DNA of 64,000 bases from contig JBBRPR010000017.1 in NCBI GenBank assembly GCA_038227875.1, forward strand, positions 32,001 through 96,000. Reading direction: 5' to 3'. Of this stretch, positions 1-7,747 are shown piece by piece. The notes below the pieces were generated by a model, which did not search any database, was not told the origin of the DNA, and saw only the letters and a program-made list of their open reading frames with translations. This stretch comes from Planctomycetota bacterium (GTDB lineage: Bacteria > Planctomycetota > SZUA-567 > H5-PLA8). A program made the position numbers and the translations under genes. Position 1 is the stretch's first letter. The number at the start of each line of letters is the position of its first letter.

Positions 1-1
1 G

Positions 2-589
2 ATCTGTCCGGCGGAGCACGGTTACAGCGCGTGGTCGGTGGATCTGGATTGCGACGCGACGGATCGAAGCAAGATTCTTTCGATCAGCATTGAAAAGTTG
101 AAGCGGAAGAACGCCAAGGATTCGACGTTCGCCGAAGTGGTGAAGGCGCAGTTCGATCCCAAGACCGAACGCGAACAGATTGCCATGCTGGACGTCAAGG
201 ATTTCGGAACCGGGACCTTGTCGGTGAAGAAAGACGAGGCGCTGTCCATTCAATTGAAGCCCGCGACAGAGGGCGATTACCACCTGCAGATCAATCTGCG
301 TGTTGGCGTCGCCGCGGCCGACCACTTTTACATCGGCGGCAAAGAACAGTCGAAACGCGATGTTGTGCTGCATTTCGATAAAGCCAAGAATAAGTGGAGC
401 GCGTACGCGGCTGTGCTGGAAGACACGGCTGGCAAAAACGCGATCGCCGGTGCCAAAAAACCGATGGCCGGCATCGTCTTTCCGGTCAATCAGGCTTCCG
501 GAATCAGCAAGGTCGTCGGGGTGCTCAATACCGACGACGCCATTGATCTCTTTGAAAAGCCGGATACCGCGCCCAAGCCTTCGGAATAA
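2..589 (+). CDS. Hypothetical protein, probably 5'-truncated by the window edge
   Basis: Frame is open from position 2 (ICPAEHGYSAWSVDLD...) to the TAA ending at 589; coding-like codon usage; no recognisable motif. Confidence 0.7.
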   Translation: MCPAEHGYSAWSVDLDCDATDRSKILSISIEKLKRKNAKDSTFAEVVKAQFDPKTEREQIAMLDVKDFGTGTLSVKKDEALSIQLKPATEGDYHLQINLRVGVAAADHFYIGGKEQSKRDVVLHFDKAKNKWSAYAAVLEDTAGKNAIAGAKKPMAGIVFPVNQASGISKVVGVLNTDDAIDLFEKPDTAPKPSE

Positions 590-636
590 TCGGCGCCAGA
601 ATTCAGAACGCACCCGATCTCGCATTAAAGGAAACC

Positions 637-1458
637 ATGTCGCGCATCGCAGAAACGTTCAAACGGCTCAAGTCTGAGAAGAAGGCCGCCTTCATTCCGT
701 TCTTCGTCACTGGCGACCCGGATATTCAGACCACGATCGACCTGGTCCGTGCGGCGGAAGCCAGCGGCGCGGACATCGTGGAGCTCGGAGTGCCCTTCTC
801 GGATCCCATCGCCGACGGTCCGGTGATCCAGGCGTCGTACTACCGCGCGCTTGATAAGGGATTCCGCGTCAGCCAGTTGTTTGAAATGGCCAGCGCGCTT
901 CGCGCCGGCGGCTTGAAAATTCCGCTGGTCTGCATGGTCAGCCAGACGCTGGTCTTCAAGCGCACGCTGCCGGTCTTTCTGGAGTCCTGCAAGAAGGCGG
1001 GCTTCGACGGCCTGATCATCCCCGACCTGCCCGCTGGTTACGAAGGCGATTCCGCTGAACAGACCGCCGCGGCCGGGCTCGACCTGATTTTCCTGATCGC
1101 TCCCACGACCCTGACCGAACGCCGCTCAGTGATCGCCACGCGGTCGCGCGGATTCATTTACTACATTTCCACCACCGGCATCACCGGCGCGCGCACCACG
1201 CTGCCGCCGGATCTGGCGGAGAACATCAAGGACATCCAATCGCGCACGCAGACGCCGGTCTGTGTGGGCTTTGGCATCTCGCGGCCGGATCAGGCCTCCG
1301 CGGTTGCCGTCGCCGCCGACGGCGTGATTATTGGCAGCGCTTTGGTGAAGAAAGTCGAGGAAGCGCAGTCTCTTCAATTGGCCGGAGCGGCGCTGGTCAA
1401 TCACGTCACGGCTCTGGTAAAAGAGCTGGCGGAGGCGGCGCATCAGGTGAAACGATAA
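637..1458 (+). CDS. trpA: Tryptophan synthase alpha subunit
   Basis: ELGVPFSDPIADGPVIQ, GFIYYIS-TGITG and VGFGIS...ADGVIIGSALV motifs; AAAGGA upstream. Confidence 0.97.
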   Translation: MSRIAETFKRLKSEKKAAFIPFFVTGDPDIQTTIDLVRAAEASGADIVELGVPFSDPIADGPVIQASYYRALDKGFRVSQLFEMASALRAGGLKIPLVCMVSQTLVFKRTLPVFLESCKKAGFDGLIIPDLPAGYEGDSAEQTAAAGLDLIFLIAPTTLTERRSVIATRSRGFIYYISTTGITGARTTLPPDLAENIKDIQSRTQTPVCVGFGISRPDQASAVAVAADGVIIGSALVKKVEEAQSLQLAGAALVNHVTALVKELAEAAHQVKR

Positions 1459-1471
1459 CAGGAGTCGTTCG

Positions 1472-2200
1472 ATGTCCAAACATCCGCTCGGACTGGTCAC
1501 CTTTGACATCGACGACACGCTGTACTCCAGCACCGAATTTGCACACCTCGCGCGCGAGAATTCCGTCAAGGCGATGATCCAGGCCGGGCTCAAAGTCGAC
1601 CTGAAAACGGGGATGACCGAACTGCTCGAAGTCGTCGCCGAATTCTCCTCCAACGACGAACGCCACTTCGACCGGTTGCTGCAGCGCCTTCCCGTGAGCT
1701 GCCTGCAGGGCATCAATCCCGCCATCCTGATCGCCACCGGCGTCGCCGCGTACCACGACACCGTCCACGACAACCTTCAGCCTTACGAAGACGCGCTCGA
1801 AGCCTTCAAGCGGCTTTTCGCACAGCAGTACAAACTCGGCATTGTCTCTCAGGGCTACACCGTCAAGCAGGCGGAGAAAATGGTGCGGCTGCGCATCCTT
1901 CCGTATGTGGACAAGCGCGCGATTTTCTTCTCCGACCAGTTCGGCATGAGTAAGTCGAATCCCAAATTCTACGCGCGCGCCGCTGAAGCGCTCGGCGTGA
2001 AGCCGGCCCACTGCATGCACATCGGCGACCGCCCCGATCGCGACATCGACCCCGCCAACCAGGCCGGCTGGCTGACGGTCCTCAACCGCCGCACGGGCCG
2101 CTATCACGAACGTCCCGGCCAGACGCCGCCAGCCCACGTCATCCACAATTTCTGGGACCTGATCGAGATCTTCGACAAGAGCTACGAACCGGCGACGTAA
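1472..2200 (+). CDS. HAD-superfamily hydrolase (subfamily IA)
   Basis: Motif I FDIDDTL, motif II GIVS, motif III/IV SKSNP...HIGDRPDRDI; AGGAG RBS. Confidence 0.9.
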   Translation: MSKHPLGLVTFDIDDTLYSSTEFAHLARENSVKAMIQAGLKVDLKTGMTELLEVVAEFSSNDERHFDRLLQRLPVSCLQGINPAILIATGVAAYHDTVHDNLQPYEDALEAFKRLFAQQYKLGIVSQGYTVKQAEKMVRLRILPYVDKRAIFFSDQFGMSKSNPKFYARAAEALGVKPAHCMHIGDRPDRDIDPANQAGWLTVLNRRTGRYHERPGQTPPAHVIHNFWDLIEIFDKSYEPAT

Positions 2201-2235
2201 GCGCACAGTCAAGCGCTGGCGTGTCCGGAAATGAA

Positions 2236-2263
2236 TTGACACAAGCGAGTATTACCTTATCAT
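2236..2263 (+). promoter_or_regulatory. Sigma70-type promoter for the metal-uptake operon
   Basis: TTGACA (2236-2241), 16-nt spacer, TATCAT (2258-2263). Confidence 0.65.
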
Positions 2264-2287
2264 ACCGCACGCTCTCAAGGATGGTCC

Positions 2288-2638
2288 ATGCGTCACTCCA
2301 AGCTTGCTCCGCTTCTCGTTTGTGCTCTCGCCCACGCGCTGTGGGTCGGGTCGGCGTGGCATGCAGCACACCATCAGCATGAACTCGAGCAGCTCGCCGC
2401 GGCCGTGCAGCAGCACGAGCACGCACAGCCGCATCTCGACCTCGGCGCGGACAACGACGGACCGTGTCCGATCTGTCACGTCGGAGCACTGCACTCCGTT
2501 GCCGCCCTGCCCACGGTGCCTGTGTGGCCGCCGCTGCATGCTCAGTTTGCTCCACCGGCAGATCCTCAAACGATTCTTGCCGCGGAGCGGGTACCGCTGC
2601 CGCCCGGACGCGGACCTCCGGCGAACACCTTCGCTTAA
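2288..2638 (+). CDS. DUF2946/CruR-like small protein, putative regulatory uORF
   Basis: N-terminal hydrophobic segment, His-rich stretch (HAAHHQH...QHEHAQPH), CPIC, C-terminal PPGRGPP; lies directly upstream of an outer-membrane metal-uptake gene. Confidence 0.75.
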   Translation: MRHSKLAPLLVCALAHALWVGSAWHAAHHQHELEQLAAAVQQHEHAQPHLDLGADNDGPCPICHVGALHSVAALPTVPVWPPLHAQFAPPADPQTILAAERVPLPPGRGPPANTFA

Positions 2639-2797
2639 GCCGCACTTCCTCTCCTGACTTTTTTGCGCTGCTGACGCGCTGTCGCGTCGCGCGTTCGCCA
2701 TAGTGCCGCTCCATGTGGAGCGCGGCGCGGCGGAATTCCGCAGGCCGGACGCCTGCATCACACTATTTGGTTCTGACACAGAAAGTGAGGCACCCTC

Positions 2798-4165
2798 ATG
2801 CGCTTTCGCGGCGTGTTTTGGGTTGTAATCGGAGCATTGGCGCTGACCGGAAGGGTCAGCGCGGAAGAGCTTGGACCGCAGCTTCATGTATTGCAGACGC
2901 GGGTTGATGCACTTTTGAAAACGGTGGCCAGCCAGGCGAATAAAATTGACGAACAGCGCGCGCGCATCGATCAGCAGGACCAGGCGCTCCAGCGCATGGT
3001 CCAATCGGCGCCAATCGCTCCAGATGCGGTGCTGGCGCGGATTGAACGCGCGGACGCACAATCGGCGCAGGCAATCAAGATCGCCAGCCGCAAGAAGCCC
3101 AACGAACTGAACATGTCGATCGGCGCGGCCATCGACACGAGCTACAGCTTTTTCGACGGACCGAAGTCCGACGCCAACGGCCGCGCGGCGGGCAGCGACT
3201 TTGCCGTGCGCGGAGCGGAGTTGGTTTTCTATACCGATGTCGATCCGTATTTCAAAACGTACATGGTTCTGAACGCCACGCCGGACCCGAAGAATAACGA
3301 CGAGGCCGTGCCGTCGCTGGAAGAGGCGGCGATCATGACGACGTCGCTTTCGTACGCGCAGGTCAAGGGCGGGCGCTTTTTTCTGCCGTTCGGGCGCCTG
3401 TCGATGATCCACGATCACGATCTGCCATTCACCACGCGTCCGCCGTCGCTCGACCATTATGTCGGCGGCGAGAGCTCCGGGGATGGCGTCCAGGTTCAGG
3501 CGCTGCTGCCGATCAGTCATTTCCTGCAGATCACCGGCGGCGCGTTTAACAAAGTCGGCGCGGAAACGCCGCTCACGAACACCGTCGGCAACCGCCGCGA
3601 TGGCAATGAGCTTTCGTATTTCGCCAAGGCGCTAACAAGCTTCGATATTGGCACCGACCATACGATCGAGTGGGGTGTTTCGAGCGTTCAAAATCCGGCG
3701 ACGGAAACGCGGCGCGATCTGCTCGACATGGAGCTCACTTACAAGTGGCATCCATCCGGTTCGCCACTGCGCGAGCGGCTGGTGTGGGGCACGGAAATTC
3801 TCCGCGAAGACTTGCGCACTCAATTTCATGCGGCACCCGCTGGGGATCCTCTGGACGACTCGATTGCACAGGGCGCTGCACGCCGTGGCTACGGCGGGTA
3901 CACGTACGCCGAATATTTTCTGAATCGCAACTGGTCGCTCGGCCCGCGCGTCGACCTGTTCGAAAACGTCGATCCACAAATCGTCAGCAAGCGCACGTAC
4001 GACCAGACCTACACGGCGTTTCTCTCCTACAAATTCAGCGAGTTCAGCCGGCTCCGGTTTGAGTACGACCGGCAGTATCTTTTCGACGGGCGCTCCGCAA
4101 ATCAATTCTACCTGCAGTGGACCGTATTCTGGGGAGCCCACACCCACAGTTTTGAGCAGCGCTGA
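2798..4165 (+). CDS. Outer-membrane beta-barrel protein associated with metal uptake
   Basis: Signal peptide, short coiled coil, alternating aromatic beta-strands, IHDHDLPF and C-terminal FSEFSRLRFEY...WGAHTHSF; precedes a metal-binding protein gene. Confidence 0.75.
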   Translation: MRFRGVFWVVIGALALTGRVSAEELGPQLHVLQTRVDALLKTVASQANKIDEQRARIDQQDQALQRMVQSAPIAPDAVLARIERADAQSAQAIKIASRKKPNELNMSIGAAIDTSYSFFDGPKSDANGRAAGSDFAVRGAELVFYTDVDPYFKTYMVLNATPDPKNNDEAVPSLEEAAIMTTSLSYAQVKGGRFFLPFGRLSMIHDHDLPFTTRPPSLDHYVGGESSGDGVQVQALLPISHFLQITGGAFNKVGAETPLTNTVGNRRDGNELSYFAKALTSFDIGTDHTIEWGVSSVQNPATETRRDLLDMELTYKWHPSGSPLRERLVWGTEILREDLRTQFHAAPAGDPLDDSIAQGAARRGYGGYTYAEYFLNRNWSLGPRVDLFENVDPQIVSKRTYDQTYTAFLSYKFSEFSRLRFEYDRQYLFDGRSANQFYLQWTVFWGAHTHSFEQR

Positions 4166-4211
4166 TGGTGTCACGAACGTCACCCACAACCCCGTGAAAG
4201 GAATTTGAATC

Positions 4212-5117
4212 ATGAAACTCAATTGTTCGTTGATCGCAATTTTGATCTGGTGTTCGACCCTGCATGCCGCCGATCCGCTGAATGTCATCGCGTCGATCCC
4301 CGACTTCGCCGAGATCGCACGCGAGATCGGAGGCGCTCACGTTTCAGTTGAGAGCATCGCGCGCGGCGTTGAAGATCCACACGGTGTGCCCGTGCGCGCC
4401 AGTATCGCGGCGAAACTCGCGCGTGCCGATGCGCTGATCGAAATGGGATTGGGCATGGAACACGCATGGCTGCCGGCGCTGATTGACGCGTCGAACAATC
4501 CGAAACTGCGCGGCGATGGCGACATCCAGGCCAGCGAAGGCATTACCCCCAAGGATGTCCCGCTGGTCGTCGGCCGCACCGAAGGCGAACAACACGCCGA
4601 GGGCAACCCGCACTTCAATGTGGGACCGGATTGCGGCCGGACCTTTGCGAAAAATATCGCGTCGGGTTTTAAAAAATTATCTCCGAAATACGCATCGGAC
4701 TTCGAAGCGAATTTGAATAAGTATCTGGAGAAACTCGCGAAGAAGGAAATCGAATGGCAGGCCGCCGCCAAAAAACTGAAGGGTGTGAAATTCATTTCCT
4801 ACCATCCTGACATGGTTTACTTCGCGGATTTCCTGGGCATGGAGCAGCTCGGCACGCTGGAGCCCAAGCCCGGCATCCCGCCCTCGGCCAGCCACACGGC
4901 CGATCTGATCGCCCTGATGAAAGCCCAGCACGCGCAGTTGATTCTGCGCGAGCCGCAATATTCCGACGACCTGCCGCGTGAAATTGCCGCCCAGACCGGC
5001 GCCAAAGTCGTCACCATCGCGATCATGGTCAACGGCGGGCCCGGCGCGAAAACGTGGATCGACATGATCGACACAAATATCAAGTCGCTCATGGGGGCGC
5101 TCGACGCGAAACCATGA
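4212..5117 (+). CDS. Metal ABC transporter substrate-binding protein (ZnuA/TroA family)
   Basis: EDPH, GNPH, SYH metal-ligand motifs; EPKPGIPPSASH; signal peptide. Confidence 0.92.
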   Translation: MKLNCSLIAILIWCSTLHAADPLNVIASIPDFAEIAREIGGAHVSVESIARGVEDPHGVPVRASIAAKLARADALIEMGLGMEHAWLPALIDASNNPKLRGDGDIQASEGITPKDVPLVVGRTEGEQHAEGNPHFNVGPDCGRTFAKNIASGFKKLSPKYASDFEANLNKYLEKLAKKEIEWQAAAKKLKGVKFISYHPDMVYFADFLGMEQLGTLEPKPGIPPSASHTADLIALMKAQHAQLILREPQYSDDLPREIAAQTGAKVVTIAIMVNGGPGAKTWIDMIDTNIKSLMGALDAKP

Positions 5118-5986
5118 ACAAACTCCTCGAGATGCTCAGCCCTGCGTTTGTGCTCCGCAATTCGCTCTATGGCAGCGTGCTGCTGGGTGCCTGCGTGCCG
5201 CTGGTCGGCGTGTTTCTCCTGATCGGCCGGCGCACGATCCTGGCGCTCGCGCTGCCGCAGGTCAGCACATTGGGTGTTGCCGCGGCGGTGTGGCTGCTGA
5301 CGTTCTGCGGCGTGCGTTTGCATCGCGGCGATTCACCGTTGCCCATCGTGGCGATGTTCGGCGGCGCCATTGCCGCAATGGCGGCCGTGCTGCTCTGGCA
5401 GTTCGTGCTGGAGAAACGCGTGACTCGGTCCGAAGACGCGGACCTCGGCGCGACGTATGCGGTCGCGTCGGGGCTCACGCTGGCGCTGGCGGCAAGCAAT
5501 TTCGTGCCAGAACTTGGACTGCTCGACACGCTTCGCGGTGAAGTTCTGGCGCTGCCGTCGCTGCTGCTCTGGGTGGAATGCGCCGGATTCGCATGCATCG
5601 GTGTGGTGCTGCTGGCGTTCGCGTGTCCGCTGCAGTCGGTACTCTACGACCGCACGCAGGCCTGGGCTTCCGGGTTGCCGGTGGATTTTCTCGCGGGGCT
5701 GACCACGGCGGTGATCGCGGTCACCATCGCGCTGGGTGGATTGTGCGCGGGACCCTTAACCGTCTTTGCGTTTCTCGTGCTGCCGTCGGTCGCAATGCTG
5801 CCGCACGTCCGTCATTTAAAAACGCTGTACGTCTGCTCTGCGTTGACGGGAATCGTCTGCGCGTTTGGCGGGTTCTGGATCTCGTACGCGATTGAGGATT
5901 GGACGCTGCCGATCCCCGCCGCGCAGATTGCGCTGCTGGGACTGGTCTGGCTGGTCAGCCGATTACTGTCGCTGGCACGCGGATGA
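5114..5986 (+). CDS. Metal ABC transporter permease (ZnuB/ABC-3 family)
   Basis: ATGA overlap with the upstream gene; multiple TM helices; PLVGVFL..RR..LALALPQVS and GPLTVFAFLVLP motifs. Confidence 0.85.
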   Translation: MNKLLEMLSPAFVLRNSLYGSVLLGACVPLVGVFLLIGRRTILALALPQVSTLGVAAAVWLLTFCGVRLHRGDSPLPIVAMFGGAIAAMAAVLLWQFVLEKRVTRSEDADLGATYAVASGLTLALAASNFVPELGLLDTLRGEVLALPSLLLWVECAGFACIGVVLLAFACPLQSVLYDRTQAWASGLPVDFLAGLTTAVIAVTIALGGLCAGPLTVFAFLVLPSVAMLPHVRHLKTLYVCSALTGIVCAFGGFWISYAIEDWTLPIPAAQIALLGLVWLVSRLLSLARG

Positions 5987-6144
5987 AGGAGTCGGCAATT
6001 CCGTCTGCATGTCTGAAATTCCAATCAACTGTCCTGATCCGCTCTCAAATCCCGCTGGAACAAATCGATATAGAAAGTGTAGTACGGTTCGTACAAGTGA
6101 ATGGAATCCGGACACGCGCCATGGATGGCGCAAGGAGCGGCAAG

Positions 6145-6477
6145 ATGTATCTCGACGAATTGGTTATCGAAAAGAATCACAAGTGTTCCACCGACGGCGT
6201 GCAGTTCCGCCTGAACGGTTGCGTGAACGCGAACACCTATCACAAACTCGAAGGCGCGATCTTCGATGCATTCGACAAGGGCCGCTACAACGTCGAACTG
6301 CATCTCGGCGGCGTTCAGTACATGACCTCGGCCGGAGCCGGAGTGCTGATCAACGCGCGCTGCGAAGCGACCAAGAACCACGGCGAAGTCGTGCTCGTCA
6401 GCGCCTCCAGCCACGTCCACGAAGTGCTCGACCTGCTCGGACTGACGGATCTGTTTCCGATTGACCGGACGCGCTAA
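6145..6477 (+). CDS. STAS-domain anti-sigma factor antagonist
   Basis: AAGGAG at 6132-6137 before ATG 6145; LHLGGVQYMTSAGAGVL phospho-Ser motif; VHEVLDLLGLTDLF. Confidence 0.85.
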   Translation: MYLDELVIEKNHKCSTDGVQFRLNGCVNANTYHKLEGAIFDAFDKGRYNVELHLGGVQYMTSAGAGVLINARCEATKNHGEVVLVSASSHVHEVLDLLGLTDLFPIDRTR

Positions 6478-6518
6478 ATCGACTGTGACGCGTCGCCTCG
6501 CATCGCTACGATGCAGTC

Positions 6519-7700
6519 ATGAACGACGCTCGCGATCCGCGCCTGCTTCCGCAGGCGCTGTATGTCCACCTCCCATTCTGCACCGCCATTTGCACGTACT
6601 GCGACTTCGCGGTGGAACGTTACGCGGCCGCGCGGGCGGTCCGGTACCTCGATGCGCTCGAACGTGAGCTGCACACCCGCACCGCGGCGCTGGGCTTGAG
6701 TGAACGCTTCGCACCCCGCACCATTTTTCTCGGCGGCGGAACTCCTACGGCGTTCAACATTCCCGAACTGCAACGCTTCTTCGAGATTCTCGAACGGGAC
6801 GTGGACACGAGCCGCACGGTCGAATTCACCATCGAAGCCAACCCCGGCACCGTCGACGACGCGAAGCTTCGCTTTCTGCTCGAACATGGCGTGACGCGCC
6901 TGAGTCTCGGCGTGCAATCGTTCCAGCCGCATCTCCTGCAACTGCTCGGGCGTGTCCACGGCGCCGACCAGGGTCCGGAAGCGATCTCCTCGGCGCGCGC
7001 GGCGGGCTTCAAAAATGTCTCCATCGACTTGATGCACGGCCTGCCGCAGCAGACGCCGGAGAAACTGCGCAACGATTTGCAACGCGCCATCGCGCTCGGC
7101 ACCGATCACATCTCCGCCTACAGCATCATGTACGAAGACGGCACGCCACTGGCGAACGCGGTGACGCGCGGTCTGGTCACGCCGCTCACGCCCGAAGAGG
7201 AAGCGGCCCATTTTCAGACGGTGATGGAGACGATCGAGAGCGCCGGGTGGACGCAGTACGAAGTCAGCAACTTCGCGCGGCCGGGGTTTGAATCGGAACA
7301 CAACTTGATCTACTGGCGCAACGAAGCATATCTCGGGGTCGGCGTCGGATCGGCCAGTTCGATCGGCGGAGAACGGAACGTGAATCATGATTCCGTGGAC
7401 GACTACATTCGCGACGCGATGAGCTCGGGGCTCGCCATTGCTTCGCGGGAGCGCTTGGATCCGGTCGCGCGCGCGGGCGAGGCACTGATGCTGGAGTGGC
7501 GGCTGCGGCGCGGCGTAAACCTCGCGGAGTTTGCGGCGCGGTGGGGTGTGGATCTGTTTGACGGCGCGGACAAATCCCGTTCCGAATCGCTGGAGCGGTA
7601 TCTGCGCGAGGGACTGATGGAGCGCTTGCCGGACGGGCGAATTCGGATCAGCCGGCGCGGCTTGCCAGTTTCTGACGGCATTCTCGCGGATTTCGTGTAA
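6519..7700 (+). CDS. hemW: Radical SAM heme chaperone HemW (HemN-like)
   Basis: LYVHLPFCTAICTYCDF (CxxxCxxC), GGGTPT, EANP, LGVQSF, YEVSNFA...HNLIYW. Confidence 0.9.
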   Translation: MNDARDPRLLPQALYVHLPFCTAICTYCDFAVERYAAARAVRYLDALERELHTRTAALGLSERFAPRTIFLGGGTPTAFNIPELQRFFEILERDVDTSRTVEFTIEANPGTVDDAKLRFLLEHGVTRLSLGVQSFQPHLLQLLGRVHGADQGPEAISSARAAGFKNVSIDLMHGLPQQTPEKLRNDLQRAIALGTDHISAYSIMYEDGTPLANAVTRGLVTPLTPEEEAAHFQTVMETIESAGWTQYEVSNFARPGFESEHNLIYWRNEAYLGVGVGSASSIGGERNVNHDSVDDYIRDAMSSGLAIASRERLDPVARAGEALMLEWRLRRGVNLAEFAARWGVDLFDGADKSRSESLERYLREGLMERLPDGRIRISRRGLPVSDGILADFV

Positions 7701-7747
7701 TATAAGGGGGAATTGCGCGTCTTTTTGAGCACCAACCCGGGAGTTCG

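Noticed and set aside
5899..6144. Extended N-terminus of the STAS ORF as given in the track
   Set aside because: Overlaps the permease gene and covers an AT-richer promoter-like spacer; a good RBS supports ATG 6145
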